Part shown: positions 16,777 through 30,769 of the stretch, in pieces | Layout of the letters: every line of letters begins with the position of its first letter | Position numbering within the stretch: position 1 is the first letter of the stretch | Source: Eledone cirrhosa | Taxonomy: Eukaryota | Length of the DNA: 64,000 bases | Reading direction: 5' to 3' | Assembly: GCA_964016885.1 (NCBI GenBank) | Contig: OZ024741.1 | Span: forward strand, 86,924,001 to 86,988,000 | Notes under the pieces: model-generated | Told to the model about the DNA's origin: nothing | What the model saw: the letters and a program-made list of their open reading frames with translations, nothing else | Databases searched by the model: none | Program-made: the position numbers and the translations under genes

Positions 16777-17264
16777 TGTACAGCCACCGGAAATAACATC
16801 TGTGAAATATACAGCACCATCTACCTGTTAGCTAGCTACCTCAACGTGAAACAAAAGAATCCTTAAAACCTACCAGAATAAACGCCTACACAGCAGCTAA
16901 ACATCAAACGATTATTTCTGTATAAATAGAGTGGTTCCAAACACTTCAGCAGTCGACATTTGGCAGATCTCAACCCGCGTATCGTTGTTCCTCGCCTCTG
17001 CCACACACACGCCTTGTACCTCGTATCGTCGCTTCATGTGAAAATAAATAGCTGATCGAATTTACATCTCGCCTTGCTTCGTCCTTTCAACTTGTGCTTT
17101 CGTCTGTCCATCCTCAACAGTTCTTTTAAGGGCTATATGCGACAACAGTCCTTATAAGGGCTATCTTCAGATCTGATCAGACCGTATGTGATAACAGTCC
17201 TTCTAAGGGCTATTCTCGGATCTGATCAGAAGTAGTGACCAGACTGACTAACCACGTCGCTACA
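16777..17264 (+). mobile_element. Solo LTR, 488 bp, TGTA...TACA, 4-bp TSD TATA (duplicate 26853-27340)
   Basis: TG..CA termini, internal TATAAA and AATAAA; the uninterrupted target sequence is preserved in the opposite arm of the host inverted repeat (~17340-17400). Confidence 0.75.
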
Positions 17265-17425
17265 TATACATATATGTGTTCAAATCGTAAGGGACCAGAT
17301 TCGCTAAGGTGAAAGAATACTAACCATGGACGAATCTGGCCCCTTACGATTTGAACACATATATGTATATATCTGTGTTTGTCTTTCTTTTATATTCAAT
17401 TATAATTATATATATATATATTTAT

Positions 17426-17520
<95 letters not shown>

Positions 17521-17678
17521 ATACTTTGGGAGGGTCATGTTGCCAATAAGAAACACACGCACCAGTTGCTTTCACTTCAATTTATTATATATTTATAAAT
17601 TTATAAATTTACAAATCTACAAACTTATAAATTTCTGGTTGGTTGGTTGGTTCCACAACCAGATAGTTGTTTATATAT

Positions 17679-17723
17679 AGTCATAGTCCTTTCGTCACAC
17701 ACTCTGTGACCTCTTCAGTGACT
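17679..17723 (-). ncRNA. Type I hammerhead ribozyme in pLTR (related copy 47508-47550)
   Basis: Minus: agtca CTGAAGA ggtcaca gagtg tgtgac GAAA ggac TA tgact. Confidence 0.7.
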
Positions 17724-18167
17724 GGGGATTCCTTTCTTTGTTTCTGTGCCTTTCCTTTCTTCTGTCCTACGCCATTTTGTTTCTGTGTGTGTGTTGTGTG
17801 CTCAGTTTGCGCATGCGCCACATCCGGGTGTCTGTGTGTGTTTGTGTTCATTTATCTATTTGTTTATTTATTTATTTATTTATTGTTGGTTGGTTGTTTG
17901 TTCTATGTGTGTGTGTTTTCATTTTGTCCTTAATTGTAAGTTGTGATGTTGCTGTTCCACTCATATTTTCTATTTAATTTTGGTTGTAATTCTTTTATGC
18001 TTACTGCCTCTGTAATTTGCCTAAACATTGCATCTTTTCTGTGTGTGGATTCTATTTTTATTTCTATGTTCTCTAATTTACCCCTGTGTTCTATCTTAGA
18101 GTTTCGGTGGATCAGATGTTTGGAAGTCATGGGTTTGGCATAATGGGAATGGAGGATTTGTTTTTGG

Positions 18168-18900
18168 TTGTTAATGGTATCTAACCAGCTCTGGTTAGAT
18201 ACCATTACCAAAATCAACATACTGATTGCGGATTTGGTACGGGTGATGAGAAATGTGTCCCGCATGTGCAACCCCGAAGAACTAGAGAGACACATACAAC
18301 ACTTCATCCACCGTATGCAGTTCTCTGGCTACAATCAGAGAGATAGAATCAGAGTGTATAGAGGAGCCAGAACCAAATGGGAAAAAATGGTAAATAATGA
18401 TATAAATGGGACCTGCCCCTTGTATAGGAGCAAATTTTGGAATAGAATAGAAAGAACTAGGAAGAAGGCCAATAGAATAAACTCATGGTATGATAGCAAT
18501 AAATACCAGAGTGTAATGTTCATCAATACAACCACTAGAGGCGAACTAGCCTACAAATTTAGAAGGGCCCTAAATAAACATAAACTCAATATTAAGATAG
18601 TAGAAAGACCAGGTACCTCCGTAAAAACACTTATTAGCAAGACATACCCGTTCCAAAGACCCTCATGTATAGATAAGAAATGTATAATCTGTAAAATAAG
18701 CCCCCATATTAACTGTAAAACTAGAAATGTAGTGTATAGCATAAGATGTACTGAAGGACAATGTAGAAACAAAAATATAGTGTACATAGGTGAGACAGCT
18801 CGTAGTATAGGGGAACGAATAAATGAACACTGACGAGACCTTCAAGATAATAAAGAATCATCTGTGCTCTACCAACATGCTAAGATAGAACACAGGGGTA
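18168..18900 (+). pseudogene. PLE ORF fragment: RT thumb/linker, Zn knuckle, GIY-YIG
   Basis: HYAKPMTSKHLIH, FIHRMQFSGY, CIDKKCIIC, CKTRNVVYSIRC...YIGETARSIGERINEH, then an in-frame stop. Confidence 0.85.
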
Positions 18901-18982
18901 AATTGACCCTCCCAAAGTATAACAATATCGGTTTCAACACACGATTTCAGATAAAGAATCTTGCTAAACAAATTCAGAAACG

Positions 18983-19042
<60 letters not shown>

Positions 19043-19120
19043 CTACACACACACACACACACACACAAATATATATATATATATATATATAGGTAGAGTG
19101 ATATATAGATAGATAGATAA

Positions 19121-19179
<59 letters not shown>

Positions 19180-19372
19180 CCTTCCTCCTTTAGTCACTCA
19201 ATTGTTCCTGAATAAGAACAAACTGCTGCAGCTACTGCGACGTAGACGAAGTTAAGAAAATGTTCAATGTAGGGATTTGGGATAGGTTTTACATGTAATA
19301 AAGAGATAAACTAAGAAAAGTAGGTCATGTGAATGATTTATGTTTCTCTGTATGTATGTGTGTTTGTAAGTA

Positions 19373-19471
<99 letters not shown>

Positions 19472-19729
19472 TGGGTATTCATGTGAGTATGAATGTCTGT
19501 ATGTGTGTTGTGTGTGTGAGAGAGAGGGGAGGGAGATAGAGATTGAGAGAAATTGATCAAAAGAGGAGTGGAGAAACGATCAAACAAATTATTAAGGGAA
19601 AAAAGAAATTCAAAGGGAGAGGAAGAAAGTGAAAAAAAGAGAAAGAAAATAAACATGCACATATATGTATGTGTGTGTGTGTGTGTGTGTCTGTATGTGT
19701 GTGTATATATATATACATATATATTATAT

Positions 19730-20150
19730 CAGGTCGCTGTTCAGCGCTACTGGTAACATATAACCCAGTACAATCTGTGCATGGTCACCAACTCCACCAA
19801 GCTTGCTTGGTGAGGAGGGTGATTTTGGACACCCTACGGGATGAAAAACAAAACACGTCAAAGGGCGGAGAAACTCAACAGAGTTAACGGCCATCCAATA
19901 ATTTTTTTTTGTGGAGCGAGAGACTCCTAGTCTTCATTAAGACATCTTTCAATGAGGAGGTCACTCTGATATAAAACCTGCGACTTCGTTTGCATCCAAT
20001 GATGTAGACCAGTTCTCCTTTTTGGGTAAATGCATTCGATTTTCAGAGAATAAGATTGGCCCCGTGCAAAGCCTTTCCTCACTTAAAAAAGCTTTAAGCA
20101 CAGGAATCGCTTCATATGTGACATTTTTTGTGTTGCATGTCATTGCCGGC
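19730..20150 (-). mobile_element. Degraded dispersed repeat, probable LINE 3' end; related copy 50110-50715
   Basis: Colinear similarity with 50110-50540 (gctactggtaacat, ctccaccaag..cttggtgag..gggtga, ctctgatataa..cctgc). Confidence 0.5.
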
Positions 20151-21297
20151 CAAAAATAAATAAAAAACCGACCATCAATTCAGTGCCAAATAATTTTTTG
20201 AATCGGATTAGAAAGAGAGAAGAAAAAACAAAACCAAACCAGCAACGTGTTGCTATATATGTGTATATGGCATACCAACACACATATGTACGTGGACATA
20301 CATGTATGTGTATATATGTATGTGGTATGCTAATATTATACTATTAATTGGAGCAAGCATACCCATTTACAGCCCTTTTCATCCCATTGAATGAGAGCCG
20401 TACAGAGCTGTTATACTAGTCGCGAATTACTAAGCATTATAGTTCGCCATACGTAACCCAACACGCGAAGTCCACAAAGATGTTGAATCTGACATCGATG
20501 AAGGAAATTTGCTTGCATCAGATACCAACCCTCTTGAGGTAATGAATGTTTATCTTAAACATTTACCACGCTGCTTCATCAGTTCTAACACATTCTTAAA
20601 TCCACGAGACTCTATCCATATCTACATTGATGATTTTTGCGCTTGGATTATCTAATCACCAATAGTCAAACATTCGGCCCAAACATTCGCGGCATTAATT
20701 TTAGTGAACATATCGCCAATTGTGCACCTAACCAACAACCAAACTTTAGAATTTTCCCCATTTACAAATTAATAGACAACGCTTCTTTCATCCATCGTAC
20801 TAATAAGGAAACGTACTTCATTAACAAATTCCAACCTCTACTTAATGGACTAAACTTCGGACTAAACTAAAACTGGAACGAACAATGAACCATAGTCCAA
20901 AATCCCTACGTTCTCTAAAGAGTTACCTCCCATACACCCTACCTAATCCTTTTTCTTATATAAATGAATTACCCCTCTCCTCTCTTTCTCCTACCCGATC
21001 ACCCTGAATTACCCCCCCCCCCCCTGCATATTAATTCTCTAAAACGGGAAAACATATCCAATCTCAGACGGCCATTTGCCTCCACCATGGATCAACTTCT
21101 TTAAGCGATCTTACCATAATAACATTTTTTGAACTGATTATCATAAAAAAACAATCTTTCCTTATGTTCCACATCACCCCTTTTTTTGGCTTCAAAAACC
21201 TTGTTTGTAAATAATATTATTTTTTCTTTCCCATTTCAATAACATGTTCAACATCACCTTTACCAATACAAATTCCTCTTTTTTTCTCTCCCACTCA

Positions 21298-21337
21298 CAT
21301 AATTTGATAATGCATAAAATGCTGAAACTGGTAATTG
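21298..21337 (+). ncRNA. Minimal hammerhead, U3-A8 variant, in pLTR (copy 31374-31413; degenerate copy 33446-33487)
   Basis: taat TTGATAA tgcat aaa atgct GAAA ctgg TA attg; the third copy has palindromic ACCGGT but TTAATAA in the core. Confidence 0.6.
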
Positions 21338-22097
21338 CTAATCATTAAATAAATAAATTAATAAATTTTATAAATCAATGCTATTGTTAATTAATAAATA
21401 AATTAACTAATACCTTAACACTTCATACAAAGTAAAATATTTTATTTTAAACATTTTCTAACCCAGAAAAAATAGAAAAAAAATAGGGAGGAAAAATATT
21501 TTTCTTCCTAATAATCGTTTTTTTCTCCCTATATATATATATATATATATTCCAACTCGTGTGCTCCTTCTCCACATTTTATAATTATTATTTACTCCCA
21601 CACGAGATACAGAAAATGCCAACTAAAACAAAAACAGACTCCACTCTCATTAACATTAATCAAGAGATACTCCAAGAACTACAAAAAATAAACTCTAATT
21701 TGTCAATACTCGCCAACAAACTTAATTCTACAAGTGAAGAAACAATCCCCAAATACACATCCTACGAAATTAACGACAATATCAACAACTTATGTGAAAC
21801 AATAAAAACACACCTGAATAACAACACAAATCCTATTCAAGCAAACGAGAAACCACATGACACTAATACACTTACAACTTACCAAATAAAAACAAATTAA
21901 TACCACAATGGTACACATCTCTTAAAAACAGGAAATTCTCCTTTTGGAAGATGATACAAAATAATAACAAAGCGGAGATCTATGAAAAATGGATTAACTC
22001 ATCCCCATTAATCCTTCCCCGCAAACTATAAATTAAATCCATCCCAAACGAACCCGAGACACAAAGACGCCTCAGGGAAAGAATGGCACTTGATAAC

Positions 22098-22297
22098 NNN
22101 NNNNNNNNNNNNNNNNNNNNNNNNNNNNNNNNNNNNNNNNNNNNNNNNNNNNNNNNNNNNNNNNNNNNNNNNNNNNNNNNNNNNNNNNNNNNNNNNNNNN
22201 NNNNNNNNNNNNNNNNNNNNNNNNNNNNNNNNNNNNNNNNNNNNNNNNNNNNNNNNNNNNNNNNNNNNNNNNNNNNNNNNNNNNNNNNNNNNNNNNN
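22098..22297. other. Assembly gap (200 N)
   Basis: Run of N. Confidence 0.99.
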
Positions 22298-24174
22298 TAT
22301 ATATATATATTGTTTACCGCAACTCCAGTATATCAAATAACTGCGCGCTCTGTACAATGGAGACCCTGAGACCCTAATTAACAAAAAAAGTGAATTATTC
22401 TCTAGTTGTCTCCACAAAGCTACGTCCACATACTTAGCCTCCCACAAAACGAGAAAAAAGAGAGAGAAACACTTAACCATTAAAAACTTGCTTGTCAGAC
22501 GTATATAATCAACAGCGAAAAACATTAATGGCCTTTAATATTGCATTATCTTATAATCTATTTATAGAAGAAATAACGCTTGAATGAAAAACACATGCCG
22601 GAACACTGATATACATAACATAATATTATAATTATTAATTTTGATCCATACCATTATTTCTTTATTTCTCTATCTTTATCTTCCTATCTAAGGTTTAAAT
22701 TTTAGTTTAATATTCAACCCATACATTTTTATGGAACTTATTTCTAACTGTGAATTATTCATGTGTTTTTGATTATTATTTATTTCGAACTATGAATAAT
22801 TAATGCATTTACACCCTGTTATATTGGTATATATTTAACTTTGGATGTCTCAATCTATTATATTTTTTCGTTATCATTTACCTAAAATATACTGGCTCAT
22901 TAATAAATATCTATATACATAATCGTTAATTAAATATTTCTAATAATAAGTACTTCATAAGATTTACATACCATACGTTGACAATTGATTATCTTCGGTA
23001 AAGTTTATATTTAGGAAAATATTCAACAGTGTAAACTTTCCTTGCTTTTCTTATATATATATATATATATTAACTATAACACGTTTCGAACCTTATATAT
23101 ATAAAATTATAACCGTTATCATTTACCTAAAGTATACTGTATCAATAATACCTAATTTATATCCATATAAACCTCCATGTATCATTCTATACATCATTTT
23201 TAGTTAAATTTATTGATTATCATTTATTTTGAACTATGAATAATCAATGCATTTACACCCTTTTATATATACGTATATATTTAACTTTAGCATGCCTAAA
23301 TCTATTATCTTATTTTTATTTTTGTTATCATTTACCTAAAATATACAGGCTCATTAATATATATATATATGTATGTATATATACATAATAGTTATTTAAA
23401 TATTTCTAACAATAAATACTTCATAAGATTTACATACTATATATGTTGACAATGAATATCTCCGGTAAAGCTTACATTTAGAAAAATATTCGACAGTGTA
23501 AACTTTATTTTCCGCTGGCCAGCTAAATCCTTTAAAAGTTATCCTCATAAAATTCCGAAGTTTAGAAATGTTAAAACACTTATTGAATTTACAAAACTAA
23601 TAAATAACCTGCAATTTAACCCCCCCCCCCCCAACCTAAAATCTTGATTCTTCACCCTAAAATAGCATAAATTAAATATTTTCAAACTTAACCGTTTAAC
23701 TTTCGGAAAATCTCCTTCTACATATATTCCCTCTCTCTCTATATATTATCTCAGCGGCTCTCATTGACCGCTTTCCCTGATAAATTGTAGTATCATACAT
23801 TTTAAAATCTCTATAACTGTTACAATAAGCAACGTTTTTCTTACTCACACATTCTCTATTGAATTTATTACGTTTTCGCATCTTCTCATTATTAGGGTAT
23901 AAATGTTAAACTTTCTCTTAGGTTAATCACTACCTTGATTAAATCTTAACCATTTAACATCTCAGGGTATGTCATGTATCATTATATTTTGTCTGATGAG
24001 GACGTACTGTTGTACATCTGAAATATGTATAATAAAATGTAATTGATAAAAAGAACATCTATTTTATTAATATTTGTATTTTAATATTAACTCTGGAAAA
24101 TTATTTTCCATAGAGTTCTTCCAATCTACTGTAAAACTCATTCTTCGATATACTCATTGAATATTGTTTAACTC

Positions 24175-24226
<52 letters not shown>

Positions 24227-24268
24227 TTGAGCCACAAAGTGACCCGTTGCAAAACACGTATATGTATG

Positions 24269-24319
<51 letters not shown>

Positions 24320-25334
24320 TTTTATATGTAATAATCTCCCATTAGGTTGAGATACAAATTTGGCTGTATTGTGCTCTGCTTTCTAGGAAAAAGCCACCAG
24401 CCGTAAGCAACTATCACCCTCTTTCCAACGTGACCGCTGCTACGTCACGATTCTTAGCCATTTTTGAATGAATTCTTGGCGCGATCACTTTTGAAAATTT
24501 AATGTCTGGATCGGAGCAAATCTCCTGATGAGTTTGATGCTCGAGTTCCAAAGTTATTGGAAATCTCAGAATGCGGACGAAACCATGGTAGAGGTTTTTA
24601 AATGTATTCTATTTTCTCCTAGTTTATTTTACTCCTAATTCTGTTTAATTGACTGTATCTGGGCGATTACGCTGTCGAAATATTCGATAAATAGTCCGTC
24701 GTGGCCGACGCGAAGGGCTAGTTTCGGTTATTTGTTGGAGATTTCTTCATAGAAGCCTTATTCTTATAGCCTGGTCTATTCGATTTTTTATATAGTTAAT
24801 TATGCTAATTGGGAGAGGAAATGGTATATATTTTATCTGGTGATTCTATAGACATGTTTTATGATATATATATATATATATATATATATGACAACACACA
24901 CACAAAAACAAGATGGCGTAGGACAGAACAAAGGAGAGGCACAAAAAACAAAGAAAAGAATCCCCAGTCATTTAAGATGTCACAGAATGTGTGACGAAAG
25001 AACTTTGACAATATATAAACAACCATCTGGTTGTGGAACCAACCAACCAACCGGATATTTATAAATTCCTAAATTTATAAATTTATTATAATAAATTGAA
25101 GTGAAAGCAACTGGTGCGTGTGTTTCTTATTGGCAACATGACCCTCCCAAAGTATAACAATATATATATATATATATGAAGAAGAAATTAAAAGATGGTT
25201 AAAAGATTTCCATATATTTTATATGCGCATTTCGAATACAAAATCATCCTGGGACAAAAATTGTGTTCTCATCAGATAAAATAAGGTAACACGATATGAG
25301 GCATAATACCACTTGTTTACAGGAAAGTGCTAAG

Positions 25335-25438
<104 letters not shown>

Positions 25439-26587
25439 AAATTATATATATATATATATATATAATTAGGATTTAGCTTCATGCATAGCTGTATACAGAT
25501 ATGTATTGAAATTTCGTATTTTTAAAGAAATACGATATGTTTATAGATAAACATTTAGAAAGCCGTAGCAATGCAAAACACCAGAGCTATCGCCCTCTGT
25601 GAAATGACAGGAGGCCAAAAATGGTGAATTTCCTTAATTTTGTATATCTGCAAACACTATGCACATTTCAGAGGACAGGTTGCGTTAGCACCCGGTGACC
25701 TCATCAGGTGTAAGTTGCATAATAGATGGAATGATGGTAAACTTTCAAGAAACAAGCAAAGAAAAAACAAGAGGAAAAAGTGTGTGTTTATGTTTTTGAC
25801 TCACAGACGGGCATAGTATTATACTGCCATATTGCTCCCCCGTCTCTGAGTGAAGTTATTTTTAACAAATCTTTTCCTGATAGTTTGCTATGCGACTAGT
25901 GGGATGTATAGTTTACTTGGCGAATCAATACTACCCCTCAACTCCAACAGCTTTCGGACAGCAGGCCGGAGAGGGGGAGGGTGAAGAATATCGTGTTACA
26001 GAGGATAGTAATTTGCCTGGGTCAAGCTAAGGTCTGTGCACTCATGGAAAGTATACAACATACGAGGGCGGGGCAGGAACCTATCAAGTAGAGAAAAGAT
26101 TCCGGCTAGAAATGCATAGAAGTTAGAGTTAGGGTTAATTTTAGGAATTGAAAATTAAAACTGAGAGTTTAAATAAGTAGACCAGTTACATTAATGATTC
26201 TAATTATAGAGTTGTGTAAATCAGGGACCTAATAAAACAAATAACAAAACTAAGCTAAGTTAATATCCGCTTCGGATTCCTCTCATAGTTCAATGTTATA
26301 TTATATTACGTTAGTAGTAAGGTATGGCGGTTAACAATAACTGAAGATGGCGACCCCCCACACAGGGCCCAAAGGTCCACTGGCCCTTCCGAGTAATTAC
26401 GGTTTACTGTAGAAAAGGGAAATTTAGTTTATTTCCAAGCACTCAAGGAGGTGGACAGACCCAGTCGCCCGAGTGCTGCTAGAAGGGCATCCATAGCCAG
26501 CTGGTGTCGTAATATGACATGTATCCGTAGCCATCCAAGCTAGTGAAGTTAGTACTAAAGTCGAGAAGCATAAACAAAAGTATATAT

Positions 26588-26694
<107 letters not shown>

Positions 26695-27501
26695 CACACA
26701 CACATATATATATATGTATATATATATATCAAAGGTATATATTGAGTTAGAAACTCAAAATAGTCTCTTACAATAAAATAGCTCTAGGAAAGAGATTTTT
26801 CCGAGTCGTATATTATAATTGAATATAAAAGAAAGACAAACACAGATATATATGTACAGCCACCGGAAATAACATCTGTGAAATATACAGCACCATCTAC
26901 CTGTTAGCTAGCTACCTCAACGTGAAACAAAAGAATCCTTAAAACCTACCAGAATAAACGCCTACACAGCAGCTAAACATCAAACGATTATTTCTGTATA
27001 AATAGAGTGGTTCCAAACACTTCAGCAGTCGACATTTGGCAGATCTCAACCCGCGTATCGTTGTTCCTCGCCTCTGCCACACACACGCCTTGTACCTCGT
27101 ATCGTCGCTTCATGTGAAAATAAATAGCTGATCGAATTTACATCTCGCCTTGCTTCGTCCTTTCAACTTGTGCTTTCGTCTGTCCATCCTCAACAGTTCT
27201 TTTAAGGGCTATATGCGACAACAGTCCTTATAAGGGCTATCTTCAGATCTGATCAGACCGTATGTGATAACAGTCCTTCTAAGGGCTATTCTCGGATCTG
27301 ATCAGAAGTAGTGACCAGACTGACTAACCACGTCGCTACATATACATATATGTGTTCAAATCGTAAGGGACCAGATTCGCTAAGGTGAAAGAATACTAAC
27401 CATGGACGAATCTGGCCCCTTACGATTTGAACACATATATGTATATATCTGTGTTTGTCTTTCTTTTATATTCAATTATAATTATATATATATATATTTA
27501 T

Positions 27502-27596
<95 letters not shown>

Positions 27597-29058
27597 ATAC
27601 TTTGGGAGGGTCATGTTGCCAATAAGAAACACACGCACCAGTTGCTTTCACTTCAATTTATTATATATTTATAAATTTATAAATTTACAAATCTACAAAC
27701 TTATAAATTTCTGGTTGGTTGGTTGGTTCCACAACCAGATAGTTGTTTATATATAGTCATAGTCCTTTCGTCACACACTCTGTGACCTCTTCAGTGACTG
27801 GGGATTCCTTTCTTTGTTTCTGTGCCTTTCCTTTCTTCTGTCCTACGCCATTTTGTTTCTGTGTGTGTGTTGTGTGCTCAGTTTGCGCATGCGCCACATC
27901 CGGGTGTCTGTGTGTGTTTGTGTTCATTTATCTATTTGTTTATTTATTTATTTATTTATTGTTGGTTGGTTGTTTGTTCTATGTGTGTGTGTTTTCATTT
28001 TGTCCTTAATTGTAAGTTGTGATGTTGCTGTTCCACTCATATTTTCTATTTAATTTTGGTTGTAATTCTTTTATGCTTACTGCCTCTGTAATTTGCCTAA
28101 ACATTGCATCTTTTCTGTGTGTGGATTCTATTTTTATTTCTATGTTCTCTAATTTACCCCTGTGTTCTATCTTAGAGTTTCGGTGGATCAGATGTTTGGA
28201 AGTCATGGGTTTGGCATAATGGGAATGGAGGATTTGTTTTTGGTTGTTAATGGTATCTAACCAGCTCTGGTTAGATACCATTACCAAAATCAACATACTG
28301 ATTGCGGATTTGGTACGGGTGATGAGAAATGTGTCCCGCATGTGCAACCCCGAAGAACTAGAGAGACACATACAACACTTCATCCACCGTATGCAGTTCT
28401 CTGGCTACAATCAGAGAGATAGAATCAGAGTGTATAGAGGAGCCAGAACCAAATGGGAAAAAATGGTAAATAATGATATAAATGGGACCTGCCCCTTGTA
28501 TAGGAGCAAATTTTGGAATAGAATAGAAAGAACTAGGAAGAAGGCCAATAGAATAAACTCATGGTATGATAGCAATAAATACCAGAGTGTAATGTTCATC
28601 AATACAACCACTAGAGGCGAACTAGCCTACAAATTTAGAAGGGCCCTAAATAAACATAAACTCAATATTAAGATAGTAGAAAGACCAGGTACCTCCGTAA
28701 AAACACTTATTAGCAAGACATACCCGTTCCAAAGACCCTCATGTATAGATAAGAAATGTATAATCTGTAAAATAAGCCCCCATATTAACTGTAAAACTAG
28801 AAATGTAGTGTATAGCATAAGATGTACTGAAGGACAATGTAGAAACAAAAATATAGTGTACATAGGTGAGACAGCTCGTAGTATAGGGGAACGAATAAAT
28901 GAACACTGACGAGACCTTCAAGATAATAAAGAATCATCTGTGCTCTACCAACATGCTAAGATAGAACACAGGGGTAAATTGACCCTCCCAAAGTATAACA
29001 ATATCGGTTTCAACACACGATTTCAGATAAAGAATCTTGCTAAACAAATTCAGAAACG

Positions 29059-29118
<60 letters not shown>

Positions 29119-29196
29119 CTACACACACACACACACACACACAAATATATATATATATATATATATAGGTAGAGTGATATATAGATAGATAGATAA

Positions 29197-29255
<59 letters not shown>

Positions 29256-29448
29256 CCTTCCTCCTTTAGTCACTCAATTGTTCCTGAATAAGAACAAACT
29301 GCTGCAGCTACTGCGACGTAGACGAAGTTAAGAAAATGTTCAATGTAGGGATTTGGGATAGGTTTTACATGTAATAAAGAGATAAACTAAGAAAAGTAGG
29401 TCATGTGAATGATTTATGTTTCTCTGTATGTATGTGTGTTTGTAAGTA

Positions 29449-29547
<99 letters not shown>

Positions 29548-30769
29548 TGGGTATTCATGTGAGTATGAATGTCTGTATGTGTGTTGTGTGTGTGAGAGAG
29601 AGGGGAGGGAGATAGAGATTGAGAGAAATTGATCAAAAGAGGAGTGGAGAAACGATCAAACAAATTATTAAGGGAAAAAAGAAATTCAAAGGGAGAGGAA
29701 GAAAGTGAAAAAAAGAGAAAGAAAATAAACATGCACATATATGTATGTGTGTGTGTGTGTGTGTGTCTGTATGTGTGTGTATATATATATACATATATAT
29801 TATATCAGGTCGCTGTTCAGCGCTACTGGTAACATATAACCCAGTACAATCTGTGCATGGTCACCAACTCCACCAAGCTTGCTTGGTGAGGAGGGTGATT
29901 TTGGACACCCTACGGGATGAAAAACAAAACACGTCAAAGGGCGGAGAAACTCAACAGAGTTAACGGCCATCCAATAATTTTTTTTTGTGGAGCGAGAGAC
30001 TCCTAGTCTTCATTAAGACATCTTTCAATGAGGAGGTCACTCTGATATAAAACCTGCGACTTCGTTTGCATCCAATGATGTAGACCAGTTCTCCTTTTTG
30101 GGTAAATGCATTCGATTTTCAGAGAATAAGATTGGCCCCGTGCAAAGCCTTTCCTCACTTAAAAAAGCTTTAAGCACAGGAATCGCTTCATATGTGACAT
30201 TTTTTGTGTTGCATGTCATTGCCGGCCAAAAATAAATAAAAAACCGACCATCAATTCAGTGCCAAATAATTTTTTGAATCGGATTAGAAAGAGAGAAGAA
30301 AAAACAAAACCAAACCAGCAACGTGTTGCTATATATGTGTATATGGCATACCAACACACATATGTACGTGGACATACATGTATGTGTATATATGTATGTG
30401 GTATGCTAATATTATACTATTAATTGGAGCAAGCATACCCATTTACAGCCCTTTTCATCCCATTGAATGAGAGCCGTACAGAGCTGTTATACTAGTCGCG
30501 AATTACTAAGCATTATAGTTCGCCATACGTAACCCAACACGCGAAGTCCACAAAGATGTTGAATCTGACATCGATGAAGGAAATTTGCTTGCATCAGATA
30601 CCAACCCTCTTGAGGTAATGAATGTTTATCTTAAACATTTACCACGCTGCTTCATCAGTTCTAACACATTCTTAAATCCACGAGACTCTATCCATATCTA
30701 CATTGATGATTTTTGCGCTTGGATTATCTAATCACCAATAGTCAAACATTCGGCCCAAACATTCGCGGC

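Larger units (their letters stand above)
17515..18985 (+). mobile_element. 5'-truncated PLE with inverted pLTR (duplicate 27591-29061)
   Basis: Forward thumb/linker/GIY-YIG ORF at 18168-18900; 17515-18098 is an inverted copy of the endonuclease C-terminus (EAVSIKELQPKLNRKYEW) plus UTR. Confidence 0.85.

Noticed and set aside
21980-22525. ORFs spanning the N run
   Set aside because: Artefacts of translating across an assembly gap
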